In this document: one piece after another, positions 26,748-38,673 of the stretch
Position numbering within the stretch: the stretch's first letter is position 1
Layout: each line of letters begins with the position of its first letter
Assembly (NCBI GenBank): GCA_001687465.1
Contig: LVLI01000192.1
Span: forward strand, 1 to 64,000
Reading direction: 5' to 3'
DNA from: Halocafeteria seosinensis
Taxonomy: Eukaryota
Length of the DNA stretch: 64,000 nt
Position numbers and translations under genes: made by a program
The notes under the pieces: generated by a model
The model's input: only the letters and a program-made list of their open reading frames with translations
What the model was told of the DNA's origin: nothing
Databases searched by the model: none

Positions 26748-29700
26748 ATGTCTGCGAATACCAATGGCTCCGGGACGGGGGATGGAGGGCGCAGGTATAA
26801 CGGGAATCAGCCGCAAACTGGAGGCCAAACCCCCAGCACGGGCCAAGATGGAGGACGCTCGACCCGAACAGGAGAGGAAATGGGTCCCTATGTGACCGAG
26901 GAGGACTATGCAGCTGCGGATGCTGAAGCGGGACATCAGGATGGAGCTGGGGGTGCCGGTGGTACCGGAGGTGAAGGTTCAAGGAGAGGCTACACGGAGG
27001 AAGGCGACGAAACATGGGACGCCGAAGATGAACGCCTATTGCGCAATATTGGGGATCATCCTTTGATGGAGCGTGTACAGGCGACTTTACAGAAACAGTT
27101 AGAACAGAGGTATGACCGTGTGGTGGCAGAACTCAAGGAGAAAAAAGAAGATGCAACACGCGCGGAGAAGGAACGAGAAGAAGTGGGTGTGGAGTTATAC
27201 GGAATCCAACAGCATTTGGCTAAGTTGCAGATGCAACTTGAGAACGCGCAAAATAACGCGAACAATGTGTCAGAGTTCCGAAAGAAAGCGGAAGAAGACT
27301 TGAAGAAATATCAACAGGTACGTCGTCGTTCAACATTGGTGGCGTTTTACACCAGGAGTTTTCGTTTACGTTCTTGACTGCTGTTTCCTCTCCAGACGCA
27401 AGAAGAACAGAGAAAACTAGTCAAAAATGAACGAGAAAAACTTATCAAACTCAAAGATGAGCTAAGTAAAGTTCAAGACACAGTGCGGAGCGTACAAGAC
27501 TATAACAAGAACATGAGGGATGAAATCGCTCTTACCCGGAGGACCGCATACAAGGCTGAAGAGGATGCGCAGAAAATAGAGAAAGAGAAGGAGCAACAAG
27601 ACTTTTATATCGATAGGTTAAATGAACGCATTGAGAGGACGCGTGAAAAAGTTGCTCTGTATGAAGCTCAATATGAAGCTCAAAAAGAGGAAACTCGGGC
27701 AGCTGAGGAGACTCTCCGTGACGCAGAAGAGGAAATGGACAAAATCCGCTTTGAGAAGAAACAGCTCTTCGCACAATGGCAGTCAAGTTTAGTTGGGATG
27801 AGAAGACGTGACGAGGCCCTAGAAAAGGTACAGGCTTCCTTGCGAGAGCAACAAGAAGCGTTTGAGTCCATGAACGCGGAAGAAAATAACACACGGAAAG
27901 CTATACGGACAGCACAGGAGGAACACGCAAAACACCAAGAGGTGTACGACAAGGAACAGTCTCAACTAAGATGGCTAGACCAACAGATATCAAGCATGCG
28001 GAAACAGTTCGAGGAACTGGAGGAGGAATACGGGGTATTGAAGAGTAGTCTTGATTCCGCCGACAACGAAGCCAAGCGGTTGCGAAACGAGAAGACTAAG
28101 ATTGAACGAGAACTTCACGATCTTGAAGAAAAACGCCAAAAGTATGATCGGCAGAGACAAGAAATTGAAAACGAACTCTCGGCCAATGCTAATGAGCAAA
28201 CTACTCAGCAAAAAGCTGCAAAGAATATGGTACGTCAGGTCCCTTGTGTTTTTTTGTGTGTGTTACTTTTGATATGTCCCGCTTCGCTTATATTGAGTAC
28301 AGGCTTTGCAAGCTAAGAAAACTATGGACCTTATCCATCAGAAGGAAATTGAAAAAGCCAACACTGATAATGAACTGGCAAACATTCGTGTGAACGCACT
28401 CAACACAGAAGCCCACAATGCGGCTCTCAGGGACAACCTTAAGAAGGTGAGAAAATCTCCATAAATGGGGATAGTTTCGGCATGCACGCTTTTAATTATT
28501 GTTGAACGCAGCTAGAGTCGGATATTTCCGAAAAGGACGCGCTGGTAGATAAGTATCAAAGAGAAATTCGGCAGCGCAATGACTCTGTTGAGAAGAAAAT
28601 GCACACTGTCGATCGCCTAAACAGAAAATATGAAAAGCTGGCCGCTAGCGCGCCACAGGAAGAGAACATGGGACCCCTGGAAGCCAACATTCATCACCTG
28701 AATAAGAATATCCAAAAACTTCGCAAAGATTGCGATGACTTACAGCGCCGATGGCTAGCGGATCAGACAGAGTTGGTGGAAAAATCAAGCCAAATCGAAT
28801 CAAAGAACAATCGCCTCCGAGAAATGAGGAGTCAGTATACTCTGCTTGATCAGAAGCGTATTCGTCTAGATGCCGCTATCGAAGACCAGAGAAAGGAAGT
28901 AGATAAACTGAAGAATGGCATTAAGAGTATGCATGATGATATGGGACGTATCAATGGACTTATTGCCAAGAACGATGACCTTGCCAAGAAGCTGAACAAT
29001 GTAAGGTTTTTCTTTCTCTTTAAACGCACCACGGCTGTGTATTTTATTTTGTACTGTTTGCAGTCTACGTACACTGCTGAGAAGGAGTTCTCAGAGGAGT
29101 TGAAAGAGCTTGAGAAAGAAAGCATCGAGATGGAAGCTCGAGCAGCTTCACTTAAGGAGGAAAAGGCTGATTTGCTGAAAGACATGGAAGAATTGGAAAA
29201 CCAAGTTGTGATGTGGGAGAAGAAGATAAAGCTGGAGAAAGAAATGCAGGAGACATTAGATCCTACAGGTATGTCTCTGTGCAAGCTTGGCGCGGCCTAT
29301 TCAGCGAATACTTTGTTTTCACTGATATCTACGCTACAGAGGGTCAAAGTGAAGTACAGAATATGGAAAAGGAAATACACAGAATGCGTTTACGGTACGA
29401 TACCTTGAAACGCGATCAAGATAGACTCATTAAGGAAATGGAACGCGCTGTAGAGAAGCACGAGTCTATTGCTCTCAAACATAGGAATAGGAAAGGTGGA
29501 AAAGTACAAGGGGGAGGATTAACCAAGGCTGGTGTTGAGAGTCGGATGAAGAATCTTAAAGAAGAGCTGAAAAAGAAAAATCAAAAGCTTACGCGCTTTG
29601 AGGCCGCCGTGGAGGATAAAAAGACTGCCGCTGACTCCGCAAAAGACCAAACCAGGAATGAGGAAGCTGAGCTTGCTCGTTTAGAAGAGCAGGCCAACGA

Positions 29701-29974
29701 GCAGCAACGACAAATCAATAACGCTTTATTCGAGAAACAGAAGAATGGAGAACGAAGCACAAGTATACAGCGGAAGATCAATAAGTTCTCAGCTTTACTA
29801 CAGGAGGACCCGCAGACTCTCAAAAGCCGCCACGATCCTGATACTGCCCAAGAAAACTTGGATGGGGCTGTAAACTACAGAGAAACAGTTAGAGCTATGA
29901 TTGGAGAGTTAGCAGAGGAGAATCCGGAACTCAATGCAGTGTTGGAGCGGGTGGCTCAGTTGCTAGATATATAG
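26748..29974 (+). CDS. CCDC40: Axonemal coiled-coil ruler protein CCDC40/FAP172, multi-exon
   Basis: HPLMERVQATLQKQL...REEVGVELYGIQQHLAKLQMQLE, EKEKEQQDFYIDRL, KKQLFAQWQSSLVGMRRRDEA, MGPLEANIHHL, WEKKIKLEKE and EIHRMRLRY. Confidence 0.88.
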
Positions 29975-30074
29975 ACCTTCTATCGTTAGAAAATACCATG
30001 GGAGTGCGAAAAAAGAAAAATAGATACAAGCCCTGTTACACTTATAAATACACTAGTATCCTGGCCTGATTTTC

Positions 30075-31103
30075 TTATGTATTGCTGGTTCTTGCCGGTC
30101 CTATAAGTTCTGGCTTTATTTGCTTCCTTTTCTGTTTTGGCGGCGAGAGGTTGGCCAAGCTGCCCGTGTCATTCCCTGATACCGATTTTCTTCGTTTCTT
30201 GGCATTCCTTTTTTGGTTGCTATAATGTGTCGATGTGTTTGTGTTGCGGCTTGAGGTGGTGCTACTACTGCTGCTTTTATAGTTAGTTGTGGTAGAGCTC
30301 CTCTTACTGGTGGATGTGTGCGTCCTTTGATGCGCTCCCCGATCTGAAGCGTAGTCTTCCGGTGAAGTCGATGTCTCTCCACTCTCATTCTGTTTCATTT
30401 TATATCTCTGCTCTACGTTCCGTTTCATTTCTGCTGGAGCACTGTCCTCTTCTGGCTCGCCGTTGACTTGCTCGTTGATGCTCAACAGTAGCTCCATAGC
30501 TTTTGTCATATTTAATTGCAGTTCATTAATCTGCCCCATCATGCCCGACACATTCTGCTCTGTGGTATGGAGCCTTTCCATGAACTCTGAGATGCCATTC
30601 ACGCCTTGTGTATGCGCGAATTGGCCTGTACCGATTTGGTAGCTGATCAATCGGTCTTGGTAAAAGGAGTAGGCATTCAGTGCAAACGCCAATAATGGGA
30701 AGGAGGTTCTGTAAATCTGTCCGACGTGTGTATCACAACCCGTGCATAAGAGTCGTTGAAACGCGCATCCTCGATCGAACCCGGTCTTGCCAATTTCATC
30801 CTCGGCTTTCACTTTGACATTATCCACTTTATACAGCACCAGCATTCCCAATTCCTGAATCGTCCCCACAAACGACGTCGTATCGCCAAAGATTTGGTTG
30901 CATTGCTTGCATTGCAACACGATGACAGGCTCCGAGTCCTGTCCTACAGGTGGCCCAGGGCCTGCGGCAGCTGTAGGACCACCGGAAGCTGGATTAGGGG
31001 CTCCATAGAGCCCTATGGAGCTGTTAACGTCTGCTCCACTTCCCGGGGGAGGCGGAGGCTGCTGCCGTTGGTGCTGGAGAGGACTCGCGCTTCCGTATTG
31101 CAT
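30075..31103 (-). CDS. Mis18 (Yippee-like) centromere licensing protein
   Basis: PVIVLQCKQCNQIFGDT and CAFQRLLCTGCDTHVGQIYRTS (two CxxC pairs), then SYQIG, a coiled coil and a basic NLS-like tail. Confidence 0.8.
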   Translation of the reverse strand: MQYGSASPLQHQRQQPPPPPGSGADVNSSIGLYGAPNPASGGPTAAAGPGPPVGQDSEPVIVLQCKQCNQIFGDTTSFVGTIQELGMLVLYKVDNVKVKAEDEIGKTGFDRGCAFQRLLCTGCDTHVGQIYRTSFPLLAFALNAYSFYQDRLISYQIGTGQFAHTQGVNGISEFMERLHTTEQNVSGMMGQINELQLNMTKAMELLLSINEQVNGEPEEDSAPAEMKRNVEQRYKMKQNESGETSTSPEDYASDRGAHQRTHTSTSKRSSTTTNYKSSSSSTTSSRNTNTSTHYSNQKRNAKKRRKSVSGNDTGSLANLSPPKQKRKQIKPELIGPARTSNT

Positions 31104-31340
31104 GGTGGCTTTATACAAAGATTTTAAAGCATGTATGTACGTCATTCGGATCAAACAATTCATAAGCGAAAAATACGACCACCCTTGATGCCTTGCGACA
31201 GTGAAGTCGTTACCACAACGGTACTTTTTTTATTACCGGTGGGTGGTTGTATTGTACATTGTACGGTACGAGCAATACCAATACACACTGTACGATTAAA
31301 AGTACAAGCGGAATTATTGTGTTTCTAGTTTGTTTGCATG

Positions 31341-33070
31341 TCATATTCCGCCACATAAGTATCGGAAAAGGACGCTTCGAACCAGGAACTGCACAACCAA
31401 ACTTGAGGCGAGAGTAGTGCAAAACACCGCCACGCACCAATACATTCGATGGGAGAAATTATCCGCAGCAAAGTTCTTGTAGTCTTGTTCTTCCACACGA
31501 CCTTGTGCCTGAAGTGAGCCCAAATTCTCCGTCTGCATTCCGCAGGCTTGCCATATATAGGCTTTCCACCGCCTGTTAACGATTTCAATGCAAAGAGCCA
31601 CACAACAGCCGGTAGCGATCCACACAGACGCGTGTTCTAGCGAAATGCCATTCAAAGCAACTACCAACCCACATAGCAAGCCTCGTCTGGAACCAATGAA
31701 GAAGCCAAGTAGTTGGCCGCATCCACAAACCGGAAGTGCAATACAAAAGAATAGTAACAGCGGAGCGTACGTGAGCATGAGATCCAATGGACAGTCCCAG
31801 TCTTGCAAGTCTATAGTGTACTGTAGTAGGGGAGAGTGTTCTTCCAACCATGAGATCAGACCCATTTTCTTCTCCAGGTAATCTCGGGTGATTTGGAGGA
31901 TTTCCTCCCGCCAATTCCAAACTGTCGGGTCCGCAAGGCAACTAGAAGGTACGAATACAGCCATCAAATCAAAGTGACGCCACGACATACAAACGGCAGT
32001 AACAATGAACGCAATCGCAGCTACTCGGAGAGCTAGGGTACATGTCTCGTCCACCCAACGCCCTTTGAAGCCAGCAGCCTTATGTACACGGTCTTCATAT
32101 TCATCCGCTTTTTCCATCAATTTGTTGAAAAGCTTCTCCAGGTCCTTACGATGATCCTTAAGTTCCGTGTTCGCAAAGCACGGCATGTAGAGACTGGCTT
32201 GCCAATCTTGCAAGCGTTCCTTCGTGCGCTTAAGATCCTGATAGAAGACAATAGAGATATAACAGAACTATAAACGTGCGTAGCGACACACATGTAAAGA
32301 GCAATTATTCGTACTCAGTTTGCACTTACGTTCTTACCGGTATAGTCCGGATACTGCAACCTTTTCTCGCATTCTGTTTCAAACTTTTCCCAAATTTGTT
32401 GGGTCACGTTGTTGTAGGCAATCATTACAGAAAGATGATTTTGCTGTCCACACCTTGCGAGGTAATCTCCAGGCCGAGGAATATGCTCGAAAACGGCGCT
32501 TGTTGGGCCAACAGCATGATCAACGATTTTTCTAATACACTCTTGAACACGTGCCGTATCTTCGGGGCACAAGACCTGCCAGTCACCAGTTCGAAGTCTC
32601 TCCCCAATAGCTACGATACTACGTGACTCCGTGGTGCGACTGCTGCTCCTGCTGTTGCTCTGAGTGACGGGACCTCGGCAAACGTTAAGGTTGATTGGAA
32701 TCACTGTATACCGGCAGCTGCGAACAACTACGAAGAATGAAGCGAAGAATAGAGAGATCGAGGTTACAAATTGTAGCGCAGTATCCATTCTCTCGGTGAA
32801 GAGCATTGCCGCATAATCCATGATACTCGTCAGAAAGTTTTCTTGGGTGTTCCCGGTACAAATTCTTGTCAAGAGTCTGTTTCGGGAAATGCGTGCTGAC
32901 CTTCGTACCCCGGGATTGGTTGAGTTTCCCCAAGTGGGGCCTCCACCGTAGAGGAAAGTATACCACTCCTTGATATGCCATTGATTCAATGCCAGAGGTA
33001 CAAGGACAAGTAAAGCCAGTGCTACAAGGGAGCATATGCAGGAAACTGCAGTGCGCAACTGGAGACACAT
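31341..33070 (-). CDS. Orphan multi-pass membrane protein, paralog A (5' end uncertain)
   Basis: Two long frames (32315-33070, 31341-32213) joined by a GT-AG intron, with many TM-like segments. Colinear similarity to 33681-35453. Confidence 0.65.
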
Positions 33071-33680
33071 CTTTCGAATACTGTATGTCCAAACGGGTGT
33101 GTTAAAACCGTTTCTGCGCCGCTTTCTTTCGAACTCTGCACACGAGGCACGCGAAAGCCTTTCCTATGCCTTTGTGATTGCATTCAGTCTTACCTTGTCG
33201 ATAAGTGTGCCGTTGGAACGTACCAAAGCCAACAAAATCACAGGCTGTAATCGTACACAACTGCGAGAGTGGAGGAAGAAGATTTTTGTGGAGGAAGAAA
33301 ATTCTTGCTCAGAATTTTCTCAAGTTTGTTTTTGATGCAATAGGTTGACAGACTGTATAACTTGCAGTTGTTAACTTTGTCAGTTCTGTGACTAGAATGA
33401 AATGGAGGTTGTCAGTCTGTTTGTACCATTAGAAATTGACACATAGTATTCTAGCTTACACTGTCTCGCTCGAAAACAAATTAATTAGCAACAAACTTCC
33501 GAAAAAATCAGAGAGCGCTACGCTAGACTGACGGGATACCACCCGTAAACAAAATTGTGCCAATCGATCGCTTTGTCACATATGTATTCCCCTGTTCTTG
33601 TAGCACACTCTTAAACCGAGACCACTGATAGGGGAAAAAAAATGCTCCTAAACTCAAGCGTCTGACCAACGTACGGAACC

Positions 33681-35453
33681 TCATTTATAATGCAGTTCAA
33701 ACACTTGCCAAAAGAAATCCGCCGCTGGCAAAACGTATTCCATTACTAAAGGATGATCGATAAATCGGTCGACGATGGAATGCTGGGAGCTACTGCTCAA
33801 AAGCATGCTTAACGCAGTTGTTATCAGAACGAGCGTGCCACACCACACAAGCCGACGGCACCGATGGTGCGCAGCGAACGTGTTTTGAGCAACATCTTGT
33901 CTACTGGAACCTATGGAATCTTTGTCGATACTGAAGCAACGCCAAAAGGCTGTGTAGCACAAACAGTTAACAATTTCTGCCAGCGTTCCAACTACCACAA
34001 TTCTCCAAACCGCTTTTTCCACGAGCTCCATAGGCAGTCCATTGAGTCCGAGCAAAAGCAAAATAAACGAGTTTAATAGCGAGGGAAGCCGGTGACAGAA
34101 TAAGGCATAGAGTAGCAGCACTCCGAGATATAGCGTGCTGTCAATAATGCAGCTGAGATTCTGGTACAATTGCTTACTGTACCTTTCCGCCGTTCTACTG
34201 ATCCACGAGAAAAGACTAAAAGTGTGTAACTTTTGGAAGCTCCATTCCCGAGGATTTGATATTGTTGAATAATCTGCATGGTGGGTACAAGAAGCTGGCA
34301 GGAAAATAGACAGCGCATTAAACTCTGATAGCAACTCTGAAATCACCACGGTAAGAAGCGCGCCAACGATGAAATAGCGACCAATATCGTAGGTGTCAGC
34401 AAACCATTTGTATTTCAAGGAATACGCCTGGTCAATTTGTTCCCTTTTTTGAGAGCACCCCTCCTTGACACGATCAACCTGGCGCCAAACCATTGGATCT
34501 TGATGTTCTCCGAAGAGGCGCTCCAATGCGTGAATAGAGTTTCTTAAATCATCACAATGCTGTTCAAGGAAGCAGATGCATACCATGATAGCGGCCATCT
34601 AAGATTGAAAGTGAAGTGGCTTTACATACGGTGAGATACTTGATTTCGGGAAAAGAAACCATTTGTTTTACGTTTTGCTCTAGTTGCTCCTCCGCAATAT
34701 GGCCAATCATTCTTATATCCTGCATCAACAATGCATGGATACCTGGCCGCGCTGAAACTGGAAATGTAACCCACTTCTACAATCACTCACTGTTGGATTA
34801 TTTGCAGGACAATCGTCTAGATGCAGCAAAACATTATCGCAACGATTTCGGCCGAATTCGTAGGCCCAATCTCTGATTGTTTCTTGGTTTCGAGCAATTA
34901 TCTGCGCGTCGCGTTCTTTGTGAGGATCTACTAGTGGCATTGGACTGTTATCTTCGCCCGCGCGGCTACGCTGGTTCTCGTTTGCCTCATCGTCCTCGCC
35001 TCCTCTCCAAAGGGGCTCTGCAGAAGTGTCCGTCCAAGAGAAGACAAGCAGTTGATGCATTAAGACAGGAAGCGCTGCTACTAGAAGGACAAGACATGAC
35101 ATCACGGCCATCCACCATAGTATTTGCTTTACGACAAGTGCTGCATCATCTCTGTCGAAGTCAATGGACGCCCAGAGATCTCGTAACTTCTGTGTTACCG
35201 AATAAACTTGGCTCTGCCACGCCGACCATATGGTCTCATCGATAGCATCGTTTTCTTGGTCTACTCCCTCTGGAGCGATAGAACTGTGGGGCGTATGGTA
35301 GTCACGTTTCTGAGCTGAGATATGCGGTGTGGAATCGGCTCGGACTTGCTCCTCTGGAAGGTCTACATCCCCAAACACGAACTGTGACTCATCGAACACG
35401 AACTCTTCATAGTCGTTATCATCCTTGGCTTTGTGTAGAGCAAGGGAAAGCAT
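33681..35453 (-). CDS. Orphan multi-pass membrane protein, paralog B
   Basis: Frames 34725-35453 and 33681-34598. Motifs shared with paralog A: FxPxSC, LNG, EIVN, FAA...WC. Confidence 0.65.
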
Positions 35454-36228
35454 CGTAGTTCGTAGCTAAATGAAATGGCTGCCTCTGTCTTCAACACTTC
35501 CTGAAGGCATTCCCTCTATACAACGCAGACAAACGACGAGTCGAGCTATACGCTAGTATTATCAGCAAATTTCCGGGTCTTCCGTACTGGGATATGCCTA
35601 TATGCTTGTACCACCAAAACTCGCGAAAAATCTGCCATGCGACCGACTTCCGAGAAGATTATCCACAACTTCACAAGACGGGATACTGTTTGCAGGGCTT
35701 TGTGTCATGAATGATAACGGTTTGGACGAGTGAAATGAGCGAGTTTAGTTAGTGTATGAGACTATTTATAATATGCTCTCAAAATGAGTATATACTCGTG
35801 AGTGGCCACTAGCCAATGTGTACCCACTTCCCTGGGAATCCTTGATTCTCGCGGAAATACAGTTCAACCAAAAACTGTAAACCCAACCGCCGGGGATCTC
35901 AAGAGTTGAGCTCGCACAAATTCTGCCGTATAATCACTTGGGTCTTCGCATCACTCACCTAATAGACAACGAGCGTCGCGCAATGTGAGACTCGCCAAGT
36001 AACTTCAACGAAACAAAGTTTTCGCCTACGTCTGCATGGATTCGAAGTTGTGCCGTAGAATAAGCAAAAAACGATCCATATTCCCAGAATTTCCCTGAAA
36101 GAAATCACACTGTCTGATCTCATATAGCGTAAAAAGGTAGCACAGGTGTTTTCTGTCTATCGCGTTCACTGTATGTGTTGAAGAACGACACCAGCTACTT
36201 CAACTTGACCAAAAGTCATCGCGAAATC

Positions 36229-38612
36229 ATGTCCTCCGGAAGCTCTAGTACCATTATTACCACCGACACTGAGTCGGCAACAACATCCACGGGCAGCACT
36301 GGTCGAGTCAGGGGTGGTCTGCGGAACACAGGAGAGCAGGAAGAACATGACGAGCAGAAAGACACCAGACCCATTTCGGCGGTGCTGCCGAAGAGGACCC
36401 CGTATCTTAACATTGTGGAAGCTCTAGACTCACGAAGTACGCTTGATCCCTTTATTTTGATGCATGGGCGTCGTTTGGCCGAGGAAGATAATTCGGATAC
36501 GGCCACGGAGAAGCTAGCAATGTCAGGAAAGCGAGGAAGAACTCCAGAAGAAACGTACTTTGCGGCCTTAAAGTCAAGTCGAACAGATGAGTGCAATGAG
36601 ACCGTAGATATGCATAGAGCGACCAACAGATTGGTGTGTTCGACCTCTAAAATATTGCTAAAGGAGCGCTTAGCTGCGCAAAAGTCCGCGAGGTTCGTAG
36701 TGCATTTTGTGACTCGTACACTTAAGATATTTCTTTCTCCGGAGTAATCGCGTTATTGCTTTTTATGCAGGTTGGAGCGTCGTTGCTATCTAAAAGGTCA
36801 TCAGGGCTGCGTCAACACGTGTGAATGGACGCCTGATGGAAAGCATATTATAACCGGCTCGGATGATACGCATCTGATTCTCTGGGAAGGAAGCCACTTT
36901 ACAAAGAAGGAAGACATTGACACACCCCATGGAATGAATATATTCTCTGCAAAGTGCATAGGAAAATCAATCGAGAGGGACCCCATTGCTTCTAGTTGTA
37001 AGTAATGGTGGCTGACGCTTTACGAAACTGAATCTCAATATGATATGGTCGTCGTTTCTTGCAGCCGCAGAAGGAAGAGTATGTATGCATCAGGTTGCCG
37101 ATGGTCGCATGGTGTCTGAAACTCTAAACACAGAGTCAGGTAGGTTTGAAATGCTTCTCCTTTCTCTTGTGTGATAAGCGTGACTTTCGACATTGCATCC
37201 ATTACTGTACAGGGAGTGTTCACCGACTGGCTGTTCCAGCCGACTCCATGAATATGTTCTATTCTGCAGCGGAATCTGGAATTGTTAGGCGTTATGATGT
37301 TCGAGATTCTCATAATCCTACCATCGTTTTAAGTTTATCAAGCTTTTCCACGATGTCCAACCGACCTAGAGAAAGGCTCAATTCGTTAGGAATTTATTCA
37401 GTGTGTCCCAACCCTATTGATCCGAATTATATTGCCATTGGTGCCAAAGACCCTATTGTCAGGATTTTTGACGTGAGGTATCCTCTAAAACCTTGCGCAA
37501 GGTTTTGCCCAGGTCACCTGCGGACGAAGGATGGTGTTCCACCCCTTGGTAAGTTGTCTAAGAAGAATGGTTCATATTTCTGGTAAAAAATATTGTCTTT
37601 TGGCTTTCCAGGCGGAGGTCACGTCTCAGCAGTGGATTGGTCCGTTAACGGGAGTCAGCTTCTAGCAACTTGCAACAGTGAAGCAATTTATCTCTTTGAT
37701 GTAAACGATACTAATCAGCGCTTCGATGAGTTCTCTGAAACTGTGCGAGTAACGGCAGATACAGCATCAAAGTTTAGCAATGTACCGATTCATGCAATTA
37801 GTTCTGACCAAGCCAACGATGCTTCTGAGAATAATGGATCATCGTCCGATAGTGAGGAGGACGGGATGGCAACGGGACTCCTTGTCGCCTCTACTCCGAG
37901 ACTATTTCGCCCGAGTCTCTTCTCTACCCCCTCGCTACCGAATTTCTGGTTCCCAGGGTTAGCGTACAATGAAGCCGACAGACTCCCTGCGTCAGAAACG
38001 GTCTCGACAGATGGTTCCGCTTCTGACGAAGACCACCATGAAATGCCTCAAGTTAATTCAATATATGAACCTTTGGGAAAAGAGTCAATCGACGGAACAT
38101 TCACAAGATGCTTTTATGGCCATCGGAACGTGAATACTGTGAAGGGTGTAACGTTTATGGGTCCGAATAGTGACTTTGTCGTCAGTGGAAGTGACTGTGG
38201 AACAATATTCATGTGGAACACAAAGACTGCTGAACTGGTCGGTGCCATGAAGGGTGATTCCATTGGTGCCGTAAACTCTCTATCGCCCCATCCGCATCAT
38301 CTTCCGTTACTTGTTACGAGTGGACTTGAGAGTAATGCAAGTGTTTGGCAACCGAGCGACAAGCAAGGTAAATTGGAGGAAGAATATGCCGTGTACGAGT
38401 TAGAACAGCATCTTCAGAAAAACAGGAGAGGGCCAGGAGAAACGAGCTTTTTGAGTAGGTTGCGGCAACTGCTCGCGCTGGCAGAAGTAAGCGAAGGAGG
38501 AACCGAGCAAGGCCAATATGTTATCAGGCTGAGTGAAGATGTTTTGAATACGTTAATGGGAAACCATGGTAGCGATAGTGACGACGATGACGAGGATGGC
38601 GATAGTGATTAG
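36229..38612 (+). CDS. DCAF8/WDTC1-like WD40 CUL4 substrate receptor, multi-exon
   Basis: LKGHQGCVNTCEWTPDGKHIITGSDDTHLILW, HGMNIFSAK, VRIFDVR (WDxR-like), FYGHRNVNTVKGVTFMG...VVSGSDCG and PHPHHLPLLVTSG. Confidence 0.85.
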
Positions 38613-38673
38613 CGTCGATACAAGCGTTGAGCAGCCAGCTACGATTGGTATCTAAAAGAGCTTCCTCTACTTC

